Positions 8,317 through 19,399 of a stretch of 39,096 nt of DNA are shown piece by piece. A model generated the notes under the pieces. That model had not been told where the DNA came from. It saw only the letters and a list, made by a program, of their open reading frames with translations, and did no database searches. A program made the position numbers and the translations under genes. The DNA comes from Escherichia phage T7, in the sequence record AY264777.1. One strand, 5' to 3'. How positions within the stretch are numbered: the first letter of the stretch is position 1; the number at the start of each line of letters is the position of its first letter.

Positions 8317-9015
8317 ATGGCTAAGAAGATTTTCACCTCTGCGCTGGGTACCGCTGAACCTTACGCTTACATCGCCAAGCCGGACTACGGCAACGAAGAG
8401 CGTGGCTTTGGGAACCCTCGTGGTGTCTATAAAGTTGACCTGACTATTCCCAACAAAGACCCGCGCTGCCAGCGTATGGTCGATGAAATCGTGAAGTGTC
8501 ACGAAGAGGCTTATGCTGCTGCCGTTGAGGAATACGAAGCTAATCCACCTGCTGTAGCTCGTGGTAAGAAACCGCTGAAACCGTATGAGGGTGACATGCC
8601 GTTCTTCGATAACGGTGACGGTACGACTACCTTTAAGTTCAAATGCTACGCGTCTTTCCAAGACAAAAAAACCAAAGAGACCAAGCACATCAATCTGGTT
8701 GTGGTTGACTCAAAAGGTAAGAAGATGAAAGACGTTCCGATTATCGGTGGTGGCTCTAAGCTGAAAGTTAAATATTCTCTGATTCCATACAAGTGGAACA
8801 CTGCTGTAGGTGCGAGCGTTAAGCTGCAACTGGAATCCGTGATGCTGGTCGAACTGGCTACCTTTGGTGGCGGTGAAGACGATTGGGCTGACGAAGTTGA
8901 AGAGAACGGCTATGTTGCCTCTGGTTCTGCCAAAGCGAGCAAACCACGCGACGAAGAAAGCTGGGACGAAGACGACGAAGAGTCCGAGGAAGCAGACGAA
9001 AACGGAGACTTCTAA
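8317..9015 (+). CDS. 2.5: Gene 2.5, single-stranded DNA-binding protein (232 aa)
   Basis: ORF 8317..9015; acidic C-terminal tail ...DEESEEADENGDF. Confidence 0.95.
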   Translation: MAKKIFTSALGTAEPYAYIAKPDYGNEERGFGNPRGVYKVDLTIPNKDPRCQRMVDEIVKCHEEAYAAAVEEYEANPPAVARGKKPLKPYEGDMPFFDNGDGTTTFKFKCYASFQDKKTKETKHINLVVVDSKGKKMKDVPIIGGGSKLKVKYSLIPYKWNTAVGASVKLQLESVMLVELATFGGGEDDWADEVEENGYVASGSAKASKPRDEESWDEDDEESEEADENGDF

Positions 9016-9435
9016 GTGGAACTGCGGGAGAAAATCCTTGAGCGAATCAAGGTGACTTCCTCTGGGTGTTGGGAGTGGCAGGGCGCTACGAACAATAAAG
9101 GGTACGGGCAGGTGTGGTGCAGCAATACCGGAAAGGTTGTCTACTGTCATCGCGTAATGTCTAATGCTCCGAAAGATTCTACCGTCCTGCACTCCTGTGA
9201 TAATCCATTATGTTGTAACCCTGAACACTTATCCATAGGAACTCCAAAAGAGAACTCCACTGACATGGTAAATAAGGGTCGCTCACACAAGGGGTATAAA
9301 CTTTCAGACGAAGACGTAATGACAATCATGGAGTTCAGCGAGTCCAATGTATCCTTAGCTCGCACCTATGATGTCTCCCAACAGACTATTTGTGATATAC
9401 GCAAAGGGAGGCGACATGGCAGGTTACAGCGCTAA
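9016..9435 (+). CDS. 2.8: Gene 2.8, HNH-like protein (139 aa), apparent GTG start
   Basis: ORF 9016..9435; Cys/His-rich N-terminal half. Confidence 0.75.
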   Translation: MELREKILERIKVTSSGCWEWQGATNNKGYGQVWCSNTGKVVYCHRVMSNAPKDSTVLHSCDNPLCCNPEHLSIGTPKENSTDMVNKGRSHKGYKLSDEDVMTIMEFSESNVSLARTYDVSQQTICDIRKGRRHGRLQR

Positions 9436-9865
9436 AGGAATCCGAAAAGTTGGAGCGTTTCGCTCTGGCCTAGAGGACAAGGTTTCAAAGCAGTTGGAAT
9501 CAAAAGGTATTAAATTCGAGTATGAAGAGTGGAAAGTGCCTTATGTAATTCCGGCGAGCAATCACACTTACACTCCAGACTTCTTACTCCCAAACGGTAT
9601 ATTCGTTGAGACAAAGGGTCTGTGGGAAAGCGATGATAGAAAGAAGCACTTATTAATTAGGAAGCAGCACCCCGAGCTAGACATCCGTATTGTCTTCTCA
9701 AGCTCACGTACTAAGTTATACAAAGGTTCTCCAACGTCTTATGGAGAGTTCTGCGAAAAGCATGGTATTAAGTTCGCTGATAAACTGATACCTGCTGAGT
9801 GGATAAAGGAACCCAAGAAGGAGGTCCCCTTTGATAGATTAAAAAGGAAAGGAGGAAAGAAATAA
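9416..9865 (+). CDS. 3: Gene 3, endonuclease I, Holliday-junction resolvase (149 aa)
   Basis: Internal ATG 9416 of ORF 9368..9865; MAGYSAKGIRKVGAFRSGLEDKVSKQLE... Confidence 0.9.
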   Translation: MAGYSAKGIRKVGAFRSGLEDKVSKQLESKGIKFEYEEWKVPYVIPASNHTYTPDFLLPNGIFVETKGLWESDDRKKHLLIRKQHPELDIRIVFSSSRTKLYKGSPTSYGEFCEKHGIKFADKLIPAEWIKEPKKEVPFDRLKRKGGKK

Positions 9866-10320
9866 TGGCTCGTGTACAGTTTAAACAACGTGAATTTACT
9901 GATGCAATCTTTGTTCACTGCTCGGCTACCAAGCCAAGTCAGAATGTTGGTGTCCGTGAGATTCGCCAGTGGCACAAAGAGCAGGGTTGGCTCGATGTGG
10001 GATACCACTTTATCATCAAGCGAGACGGTACTGTGGAGGCAGGACGAGATGAGATGGCTGTAGGCTCTCACGCTAAGGGTTACAACCACAACTCTATCGG
10101 CGTCTGCCTTGTTGGTGGTATCGACGATAAAGGTAAGTTCGACGCTAACTTTACGCCAGCCCAAATGCAATCCCTTCGCTCACTGCTTGTCACACTGCTG
10201 GCTAAGTACGAAAGCGCTGTGCTTCGCGCCCATCATGAGGTGGCGCCGAAGGCTTGCCCTTCGTTCGACCTTAAGCGTTGGTGGGAGAAGAACGAACTGG
10301 TCACTTCTGACCGTGGATAA
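9865..10320 (+). CDS. 3.5: Gene 3.5, lysozyme (N-acetylmuramoyl-L-alanine amidase, RNAP inhibitor) (151 aa)
   Basis: ORF 9865..10320; MARVQFKQREFTDAIFVHCSATK... Confidence 0.95.
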   Translation: MARVQFKQREFTDAIFVHCSATKPSQNVGVREIRQWHKEQGWLDVGYHFIIKRDGTVEAGRDEMAVGSHAKGYNHNSIGVCLVGGIDDKGKFDANFTPAQMQSLRSLLVTLLAKYESAVLRAHHEVAPKACPSFDLKRWWEKNELVTSDRG

Positions 10321-10321
10321 T

Positions 10322-10344
10322 TAATTGAACTCACTAAAAGGAAA
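10322..10344 (+). promoter_or_regulatory. T7 promoter phi3.8 (variant initially transcribed sequence)
   Basis: taattgaactcactaaaaggaaa. Confidence 0.75.
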
Positions 10345-10383
10345 CCACAGCGGTTTCCCTTTGTTCGCATTGGAGGTCAAATA

Positions 10384-12424
<2,041 letters not shown>

Positions 12425-12482
12425 CAGGATTCTTGATGACTTTCCAGACGACTACGAAAAGTTTCGCTGGAGAGTCCCATTC

Positions 12483-12505
12483 TAATACGACTCACTAAAG
12501 GAGAC
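12483..12505 (+). promoter_or_regulatory. T7 promoter phi4.3
   Basis: taatacgactcactaaaggagac. Confidence 0.85.
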
Positions 12506-12510
12506 ACACC

Positions 12511-12723
12511 ATGTTCAAACTGATTAAGAAGTTAGGCCAACTGCTGGTTCGTATGTACAACGTGGAAGCCAAGCGATTGAACGATGAGGCTCGTAAAGAG
12601 GCCACACAGTCACGCGCTCTGGCGATTCGCTCCAACGAACTGGCTGACAGTGCATCCACTAAAGTTACCGAAGCTGCCCGTGTGGCAAACCAAGCTCAAC
12701 AGCTTTCCAAATTCTTTGAGTAA
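12511..12723 (+). CDS. 4.3: Gene 4.3 (70 aa)
   Basis: ORF track 12511..12723. Confidence 0.7.
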   Translation: MFKLIKKLGQLLVRMYNVEAKRLNDEARKEATQSRALAIRSNELADSASTKVTEAARVANQAQQLSKFFE

Positions 12724-12742
12724 TCAAACAGGAGAAACCATT

Positions 12743-13012
12743 ATGTCTAACGTAGTTGAAACTATCCGTCTATCCGATACAGCTGACCAGTGGAACCGTC
12801 GAGTCCACATCAACGTTCGCAACGGTAAGGCGACTATGGTTTACCGTTGGAAGGACTCTAAGTCCTCTAAGAATCACACTCAGCGTATGACGTTGACAGA
12901 TGAGCAAGCACTGCGTCTGGTCAATGCGCTTACCAAAGCTGCCGTGACAGCAATTCATGAAGCTGGTCGCATCAATGAAGCTATGGCTATCCTCGACAAG
13001 ATTGATAACTAA
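12743..13012 (+). CDS. 4.5: Gene 4.5 (89 aa)
   Basis: Internal ATG 12743 of ORF 12584..13012, preceded by aggagaaacc. Confidence 0.7.
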   Translation: MSNVVETIRLSDTADQWNRRVHINVRNGKATMVYRWKDSKSSKNHTQRMTLTDEQALRLVNALTKAAVTAIHEAGRINEAMAILDKIDN

Positions 13013-13020
13013 GAGTGGTA

Positions 13021-13058
13021 TCCTCAAGGTCGCCAAAGTGGTGGCCTTCATGAATACT
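13021..13058 (+). promoter_or_regulatory. RNase III processing site R4.7
   Basis: tcctcaaggtcgccaaagtggtggccttcatgaatact. Confidence 0.5.
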
Positions 13059-13079
13059 ATTCGACTCACTATAGGAGAT
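13057..13079 (+). promoter_or_regulatory. T7 promoter phi4.7
   Basis: ctattcgactcactataggagat. Confidence 0.8.
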
Positions 13080-13085
13080 ATTACC

Positions 13086-13493
13086 ATGCGTGACCCTAAA
13101 GTTATCCAAGCAGAAATCGCTAAACTGGAAGCTGAACTGAAGGACGTTAAGTACCATGAAACTAAGACTCGCTCCGCTGTTCACATCTTGAAGAACTTAG
13201 ACTGGACTTGGACAAGACAGACTGGCTGGAAGAAACCAGAAGTTACCAAGCTGAGTCATAAGGTGTTCGATAAGGACACTATGACCCACATCAAGGCTGG
13301 TGATTGGGTTAAGGTTGACATGGGAGTTGTTGGTGGATACGGCTACGTCCGCTCAGTTAGTGGCAAATATGCACAAGTGTCATACATCACAGGTGTTACT
13401 CCACGCGGTGCAATCGTTGCCGATAAAACCAACATGATTCACACAGGTTTCTTGACAGTTGTTTCATATAAAGAGATTGTTAAGTCACGATAA
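13086..13493 (+). CDS. 4.7: Gene 4.7 (135 aa)
   Basis: Internal ATG 13086 of ORF 12957..13493. Confidence 0.75.
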   Translation: MRDPKVIQAEIAKLEAELKDVKYHETKTRSAVHILKNLDWTWTRQTGWKKPEVTKLSHKVFDKDTMTHIKAGDWVKVDMGVVGGYGYVRSVSGKYAQVSYITGVTPRGAIVADKTNMIHTGFLTVVSYKEIVKSR

Positions 13494-13511
13494 TCAATAG
13501 GAGAAATCAAT

Positions 13512-15626
13512 ATGATCGTTTCTGACATCGAAGCTAACGCCCTCTTAGAGAGCGTCACTAAGTTCCACTGCGGGGTTATCTACGACTACTCCACCGCTGA
13601 GTACGTAAGCTACCGTCCGAGTGACTTTGGTGCGTATCTGGATGCGCTGGAAGCCGAGGTTGCACGAGGCGGTCTTATTGTGTTCCACAACGGTCACAAG
13701 TATGACGTTCCTGCATTGATCAAACTGGCAAAGTTGCAATTGAACCGAGAGTTCCACCTTCCTCGTGAGAACTGTATTGACACCCTTGTGTTGTCACGTT
13801 TGATTCATTCCAACCTCAAGAACATCGATATGGGTCTTCTGCGTTCCGGCAAGTTGCCCGGAAAACGCTTTGGGTCTCACGCTTTGGAGGCGTGGGGTTA
13901 TCGCTTAGGCGAGATGAAGGGTGAATACAAAGACGACTTTAAGCGTATGCTTGAAGAGCAGGGTGAAGAATACGTTGACGGAATGGAGTGGTGGAACTTC
14001 AACGAAGAGATGATGGACTATAACGTTCAGGACGTTGTGGTAACTAAAGCTCTCCTTGAGAAGCTACTCTCTGACAAACATTATTTCCCTCCTGAGATTG
14101 ACTTTACGGACGTAGGATACACTACGTTCTGGTCAGAATCCCTTGAGGCCGTTGACATTGAACATCGTGCTGCATGGCTGCTCGCTAAACAAGAGCGCAA
14201 CGGGTTCCCGTTTGACACAAAAGCAATCGAAGAGTTGTACGTAGAGTTAGCTTCTCGCCGCTCTGAATTGCTCCGTAAATTGACCGAAACGTTCGGCTCG
14301 TGGTATCAGCCTAAAGGTGGCACTGAGATGTTCTGCCATCCGCGAACAGGTAAGCCACTACCTAAATACCCTCGCATTAAGACACCTAAAGTTGGTGGTA
14401 TCTTTAAGAAGCCTAAGAACAAGGCACAGCGAGAAGGCCGTGAGCCTTGCGAACTTGATACCCGCGAGTACGTTGCTGGTGCTCCTTACACCCCAGTTGA
14501 ACATGTTGTGTTTAACCCTTCGTCTCGTGACCACATTCAGAAGAAACTCCAAGAGACTGGGTGGATCCCGACCAAGTACACCGATAAGGGTGCTCCTGTG
14601 GTGGACGATGAGGTACTCGAAGGAGTACGTGTAGATGACCCTGAGAAGCAAGCCGCTATCGACCTCATTAAAGAGTACTTGATGATTCAGAAGCGAATCG
14701 GACAGTCTGCTGAGGGAGACAAAGCATGGCTTCGTTATGTTGCTGAGGATGGTAAGATTCATGGTTCTGTTAACCCTAATGGAGCAGTTACGGGTCGTGC
14801 GACCCATGCGTTCCCAAACCTTGCGCAAATTCCGGGTGTACGTTCTCCTTATGGAGAGCAGTGTCGTGCTGCTTTTGGCGCTGAGCACCATTTGGATGGG
14901 ATAACTGGTAAGCCTTGGGTTCAGGCTGGCATCGACGCATCCGGTCTTGAGCTACGCTGCTTGGCTCACTTCATGGCTCGCTTTGATAACGGCGAGTACG
15001 CTCACGAGATTCTTAACGGCGACATCCACACTAAGAACCAGATAGCTGCTGAACTACCTACCCGAGATAACGCTAAGACGTTCATCTATGGGTTTCTCTA
15101 TGGTGCTGGTGATGAGAAGATTGGACAGATTGTTGGTGCTGGTAAAGAGCGCGGTAAGGAACTCAAGAAGAAATTCCTTGAGAACACCCCCGCGATTGCA
15201 GCACTCCGCGAGTCTATCCAACAGACACTTGTCGAGTCCTCTCAATGGGTAGCTGGTGAGCAACAAGTCAAGTGGAAACGCCGCTGGATTAAAGGTCTGG
15301 ATGGTCGTAAGGTACACGTTCGTAGTCCTCACGCTGCCTTGAATACCCTACTGCAATCTGCTGGTGCTCTCATCTGCAAACTGTGGATTATCAAGACCGA
15401 AGAGATGCTCGTAGAGAAAGGCTTGAAGCATGGCTGGGATGGGGACTTTGCGTACATGGCATGGGTACATGATGAAATCCAAGTAGGCTGCCGTACCGAA
15501 GAGATTGCTCAGGTAGTCATTGAGATCGCACAAGAAGCGATGCGCTGGGTTGGAGACCACTGGAACTTCCGGTGTCTTCTGGATACCGAAGGTAAGATGG
15601 GTCCTAATTGGGCGATTTGTCACTGA
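13512..15626 (+). CDS. 5: Gene 5, DNA polymerase (704 aa)
   Basis: ORF 13512..15626; family A polymerase with N-terminal 3'-5' exonuclease ([13 protein letters not shown]). Confidence 0.97.
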   Translation: MIVSDIEANALLESVTKFHCGVIYDYSTAEYVSYRPSDFGAYLDALEAEVARGGLIVFHNGHKYDVPALIKLAKLQLNREFHLPRENCIDTLVLSRLIHSNLKNIDMGLLRSGKLPGKRFGSHALEAWGYRLGEMKGEYKDDFKRMLEEQGEEYVDGMEWWNFNEEMMDYNVQDVVVTKALLEKLLSDKHYFPPEIDFTDVGYTTFWSESLEAVDIEHRAAWLLAKQERNGFPFDTKAIEELYVELASRRSELLRKLTETFGSWYQPKGGTEMFCHPRTGKPLPKYPRIKTPKVGGIFKKPKNKAQREGREPCELDTREYVAGAPYTPVEHVVFNPSSRDHIQKKLQETGWIPTKYTDKGAPVVDDEVLEGVRVDDPEKQAAIDLIKEYLMIQKRIGQSAEGDKAWLRYVAEDGKIHGSVNPNGAVTGRATHAFPNLAQIPGVRSPYGEQCRAAFGAEHHLDGITGKPWVQAGIDASGLELRCLAHFMARFDNGEYAHEILNGDIHTKNQIAAELPTRDNAKTFIYGFLYGAGDEKIGQIVGAGKERGKELKKKFLENTPAIAALRESIQQTLVESSQWVAGEQQVKWKRRWIKGLDGRKVHVRSPHAALNTLLQSAGALICKLWIIKTEEMLVEKGLKHGWDGDFAYMAWVHDEIQVGCRTEEIAQVVIEIAQEAMRWVGDHWNFRCLLDTEGKMGPNWAICH

Positions 15627-15641
15627 TACAGGAGGTTACTC

Positions 15642-15998
15642 ATGAACGAAAGACACTTAACAGATGCTGCTTCTGAAATGCTAGTAGCCTACAAATTTAC
15701 CAAAGCTGGGTACATTGTCTATTACCCTATGCTGACTCAGAGTAAAGAGGACTTGGTTGTATGTAAAAATGGTAAATTTAGTAAGGTTCAGGTTAAAACA
15801 GCCACAACGGTTCAAACCAACACAGGAGATGCCAAGCAGGTTAGGCTAGGTGGATGCGGTAGGTCCGAATATAAGGATGGAGACTTTGACATTCTTGCGG
15901 TTGTGGTTGACGAAGATGTGCTTATTTTCACATGGGACGAAGTAAAAGGTAAGACATCCATGTGTGTCGGCAAGAGAAACAAAGACATAAAATTATAG
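15642..15998 (+). CDS. 5.3: Gene 5.3, homing-endonuclease-like (118 aa)
   Basis: ORF track 15642..15998. Confidence 0.75.
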   Translation: MNERHLTDAASEMLVAYKFTKAGYIVYYPMLTQSKEDLVVCKNGKFSKVQVKTATTVQTNTGDAKQVRLGGCGRSEYKDGDFDILAVVVDEDVLIFTWDEVKGKTSMCVGKRNKDIKL

Positions 15999-16009
15999 GA
16001 GAAATTATT

Positions 16010-16309
16010 ATGGCTATGACAAAGAAATTTAAAGTGTCCTTCGACGTTACCGCAAAAATGTCGTCTGACGTTCAGGCAATCTTAGAGAAAGATATGCTGC
16101 ATCTATGTAAGCAGGTCGGCTCAGGTGCGATTGTCCCCAATGGTAAACAGAAGGAAATGATTGTCCAGTTCCTGACACACGGTATGGAAGGATTGATGAC
16201 ATTCGTAGTACGTACATCATTTCGTGAGGCCATTAAGGACATGCACGAAGAGTATGCAGATAAGGACTCTTTCAAACAATCTTCTGCAACAGTACGGGAG
16301 GTGTTCTGA
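16010..16309 (+). CDS. 5.5: Gene 5.5, H-NS-binding protein (99 aa)
   Basis: Internal ATG 16010 of ORF 15962..16309. Confidence 0.8.
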   Translation: MAMTKKFKVSFDVTAKMSSDVQAILEKDMLHLCKQVGSGAIVPNGKQKEMIVQFLTHGMEGLMTFVVRTSFREAIKDMHEEYADKDSFKQSSATVREVF

Positions 16310-16518
16310 TGTCTGACTACCTGAAAGTGCTGCAAGCAATCAAAAGTTGCCCTAAGACTTTCCAGTCCAACTATGTACGGAACAATGCGAGCCTCGTAGC
16401 GGAGGCCGCTTCTCGTGGTCACATCTCGTGCTTGACTACTAATGGACGTAACGGTGGCGCTTGGGAAATCATTGCTTCCGGTACTCGCTTTCTGAAACGA
16501 ATGGGAGGATGTGTCTAA
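16309..16518 (+). CDS. 5.7: Gene 5.7 (69 aa)
   Basis: ORF track 16309..16518. Confidence 0.75.
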   Translation: MSDYLKVLQAIKSCPKTFQSNYVRNNASLVAEAASRGHISCLTTNGRNGGAWEIIASGTRFLKRMGGCV

Positions 16519-16676
16519 TGTCTCGTGACCTTGTGACTATTCCACGCGATGTGTGGAACGATATACAGGGCTACATCGACTCTCTGGAACGTGAGAACGA
16601 TAGCCTTAAGAATCAACTAATGGAAGCTGACGAATACGTAGCGGAACTAGAGGAGAAACTTAATGGCACTTCTTGA
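16518..16676 (+). CDS. 5.9: Gene 5.9, RecBCD inhibitor (52 aa)
   Basis: Internal ATG 16518 of ORF 16461..16676. Confidence 0.75.
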   Translation: MSRDLVTIPRDVWNDIQGYIDSLERENDSLKNQLMEADEYVAELEEKLNGTS

Positions 16677-17565
16677 CCTTAAACAATTCTATGAGTTACG
16701 TGAAGACTGCGACGACAAGGGTATCCTTGTGATGGACGGCGACTGGCTGGTCTTCCAAGCTATGAGTGCTGCTGAATTTGATGTCTCTTGGGAGGAAGAG
16801 ATTTGGCATCGATGCTGTGACCACGCTAAGGCCCGTCAGATTCTTGAGGATTCCATTAAGTCCTACGAGACCCGTAAGAAGGCTTGGGCAGGTGCTCCAA
16901 TTGTCCTTGCGTTCACCGATAGTGTTAACTGGCGTAAAGAACTGGTTGACCCGAACTATAAGACTAACCGTAAGGCCGTGAAGAAACCTGTAGGGTACTT
17001 TGAGTTCCTTGATGCTCTCTTTGAGCGTGAAGAGTTCTATTGCATCCGTGAGCCTATGCTTGAGGGTGATGACGTTATGGGAGTTATTGCTTCCAATCCG
17101 TCTGCCTTCGGTGCTCGTAAGGCTGTAATCATCTCTTGCGATAAGGACTTTAAGACCATCCCTAACTGTGACTTCCTGTGGTGTACCACTGGTAACATCC
17201 TGACTCAGACCGAAGAGTCCGCTGACTGGTGGCACCTCTTCCAGACCATCAAGGGTGACATCACTGATGGTTACTCAGGGATTGCTGGATGGGGTGATAC
17301 CGCCGAGGACTTCTTGAATAACCCGTTCATAACCGAGCCTAAAACGTTTGTGCTTAAGTCCGGTAAGAACAAAGGCCAAGAGGTTACTAAATGGGTTAAA
17401 CGCGACCCTGAGCCTCATGAGACGCTTTGGGACTGCATTAAGTCCATTGGTGCGAAGGTTGGTATGACCGAAGAGGATATTATCAAGCAGGGCCAAATGG
17501 CTCGAATCCTACGGTTCAACGAGTACAACTTTATTGACAAGGAGATTTACCTGTGGAGACCGTAG
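16663..17565 (+). CDS. 6: Gene 6, 5'-3' exonuclease (300 aa)
   Basis: ORF track 16663..17565. Confidence 0.95.
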   Translation: MALLDLKQFYELREDCDDKGILVMDGDWLVFQAMSAAEFDVSWEEEIWHRCCDHAKARQILEDSIKSYETRKKAWAGAPIVLAFTDSVNWRKELVDPNYKTNRKAVKKPVGYFEFLDALFEREEFYCIREPMLEGDDVMGVIASNPSAFGARKAVIISCDKDFKTIPNCDFLWCTTGNILTQTEESADWWHLFQTIKGDITDGYSGIAGWGDTAEDFLNNPFITEPKTFVLKSGKNKGQEVTKWVKRDPEPHETLWDCIKSIGAKVGMTEEDIIKQGQMARILRFNEYNFIDKEIYLWRP

Positions 17566-17666
17566 CGTATATTGGTCTGGGTCTTTGTGTTCTCGGAGTG
17601 TGCCTCATTTCGTGGGGCCTTTGGGACTTAGCCAGAATAATCAAGTCGTTACACGACACTAAGTGA
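17553..17666 (+). CDS. 6.3: Gene 6.3 (37 aa), apparent GTG start overlapping the gene 6 end
   Basis: gtg 17553 to tga 17664-17666; hydrophobic peptide (V/M)ETVAYIGLGLCVLGVCLISWGLW... Confidence 0.5.
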   Translation: METVAYIGLGLCVLGVCLISWGLWDLARIIKSLHDTK

Positions 17667-17667
17667 T

Positions 17668-17730
17668 AAACTCAAGGTCCCTAAATTAATACGACTCACT
17701 ATAGGGAGATAGGGGCCTTTACGATTATTA
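17668..17730 (+). promoter_or_regulatory. RNase III site R6.5 flanking promoter phi6.5
   Basis: aactcaaggtccc ... aggggcctttacgatta bracketing the promoter. Confidence 0.5.
17687..17709 (+). promoter_or_regulatory. T7 class III promoter phi6.5 (exact consensus)
   Basis: taatacgactcactatagggaga. Confidence 0.9.
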
Positions 17731-17763
17731 CTTTAAGATTTAACTCTAAGAGGAATCTTTATT

Positions 17764-18018
17764 ATGTTAACACCTATTAACCAATTACTTAAGAACCCTA
17801 ACGATATTCCAGATGTACCTCGTGCAACCGCTGAGTATCTACAGGTTCGATTCAACTATGCGTACCTCGAAGCGTCTGGTCATATAGGACTTATGCGTGC
17901 TAATGGTTGTAGTGAGGCCCACATCTTGGGTTTCATTCAGGGCCTACAGTATGCCTCTAACGTCATTGACGAGATTGAGTTACGCAAGGAACAACTAAGA
18001 GATGATGGGGAGGATTGA
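17764..18018 (+). CDS. 6.5: Gene 6.5 (84 aa)
   Basis: ORF track 17764..18018. Confidence 0.75.
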
Positions 18019-18022
18019 CACT

Positions 18023-18289
18023 ATGTGTTTCTCACCGAAAATTAAAACTCCGAAGATGGATACCAATCAGATTCGAGCCGTTGAGCCAGCGCCTCTGACC
18101 CAAGAAGTGTCAAGCGTGGAGTTCGGTGGGTCTTCTGATGAGATGGATACCGAGGGCACCGAAGTGTCTGGACGCAAAGGCCTCAAGGTCGAACGTGATG
18201 ATTCCGTAGCGAAGTCTAAAGCCAGCGGCAATGGCTCCGCTCGTATGAAATCTTCCATCCGTAAGTCTGCATTTGGAGGTAAGAAGTGA
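18023..18289 (+). CDS. 6.7: Gene 6.7, head protein (88 aa)
   Basis: Internal ATG 18023 of ORF 18002..18289. Confidence 0.8.
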   Translation: MCFSPKIKTPKMDTNQIRAVEPAPLTQEVSSVEFGGSSDEMDTEGTEVSGRKGLKVERDDSVAKSKASGNGSARMKSSIRKSAFGGKK

Positions 18290-18690
18290 TGTCTGAGTTC
18301 ACATGTGTGGAGGCTAAGAGTCGCTTCCGTGCAATCCGGTGGACTGTGAAACACCTTGGGTTGCCTAAAGGATTCGAAGGACACTTTGTGGGCTACAGCC
18401 TCTACGTAAACGAAGTGATGGACATGTCTGGTTGCCGTGAAGAGTACATTCTGGACTCTACCGGAAAACATGTAGCGTACTTCGCGTGGTGCGTAAGCTG
18501 TGACATTCATCACAAAGGAGACATTCTGGATGTAACGTCCGTTGTCATTAATTCTGAGGCAGACTCTAAGGGCTTACAGCGATTCCTAGCGAAACGCTTT
18601 AAGTACCTTGCGGAACTCCACGATTGCGATTGGGTGTCTCGTTGTAAGCATGAAGGCGAGACAATGCGTGTATATTTTAAGGAGGTATAA
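18289..18690 (+). CDS. 7: Gene 7, host-range/adsorption-related protein (133 aa)
   Basis: Second ATG (18289) of ORF 18286..18690. Confidence 0.8.
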   Translation: MSEFTCVEAKSRFRAIRWTVKHLGLPKGFEGHFVGYSLYVNEVMDMSGCREEYILDSTGKHVAYFAWCVSCDIHHKGDILDVTSVVINSEADSKGLQRFLAKRFKYLAELHDCDWVSRCKHEGETMRVYFKEV

Positions 18691-18693
18691 GTT

Positions 18694-18993
18694 ATGGGTA
18701 AGAAAGTTAAGAAGGCCGTGAAGAAAGTCGCCAAGTTCGTTAAGAAAGTCGTTAAGGAAGGGGCTCGTCCGGTTAAACAGGTTGCTGGCGGTCTAGCTGG
18801 TCTGGCTGGTGGTACTGGTAAAGCACAGATGGTGGAAGTACCACAAGCTGCCGCACAGATTGTTGATGTACCTGAGAAAGAGGTTTCCACTGAGGACGAA
18901 GCACAGACAGAAAGCGGACGCAAGAAAGCTCGTGCTGGCGGTAAGAAATCCTTGAGTGTAGCCCGTAGCTCCGGTGGCGGTATCAACATTTAA
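18694..18993 (+). CDS. 7.3: Gene 7.3, tail-associated protein (99 aa)
   Basis: ORF track 18694..18993; Lys/Ala/Gly-rich. Confidence 0.8.
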   Translation: MGKKVKKAVKKVAKFVKKVVKEGARPVKQVAGGLAGLAGGTGKAQMVEVPQAAAQIVDVPEKEVSTEDEAQTESGRKKARAGGKKSLSVARSSGGGINI

Positions 18994-19006
18994 TCAGGAG
19001 GTTATC

Positions 19007-19399
19007 GTGGAAGACTGCATTGAATGGACCGGAGGTGTCAACTCTAAGGGTTATGGTCGTAAGTGGGTTAATGGTAAACTTGTGACTCCACATAGGCACA
19101 TCTATGAGGAGACATATGGTCCAGTTCCAACAGGAATTGTGGTGATGCATATCTGCGATAACCCTAGGTGCTATAACATAAAGCACTTTACGCTTGGAAC
19201 TCCAAAGGATAATTCCGAGGACATGGTTACCAAAGGTAGACAGGCTAAAGGAGAGGAACTAAGCAAGAAACTTACAGAGTCAGACGTTCTCGCTATACGC
19301 TCTTCAACCTTAAGCCACTGCTCCTTAGGAGAACTGTATGGAGTCAGTCAATCAACCATAACGCGAATACTACAGCGTAAGACATGGAGACACATTTAA
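19007..19399 (+). CDS. 7.7: Gene 7.7, HNH homing-endonuclease-like (130 aa), apparent GTG start
   Basis: gtg 19007 after aggagg; product (M)EDCIEWTGGVNSKGYGRKWV... Confidence 0.7.
   Translation: MEDCIEWTGGVNSKGYGRKWVNGKLVTPHRHIYEETYGPVPTGIVVMHICDNPRCYNIKHFTLGTPKDNSEDMVTKGRQAKGEELSKKLTESDVLAIRSSTLSHCSLGELYGVSQSTITRILQRKTWRHI

Noticed and set aside
17553-19009. GTG start codons of genes 6.3 and 7.7 (also 2.8 and 19) as possible ATG->GTG start-codon mutations
   Set aside because: An A->G change would not fit the G:C->A:T spectrum seen elsewhere, and I cannot recall the wild-type start codons with confidence; GTG starts are functional anyway.
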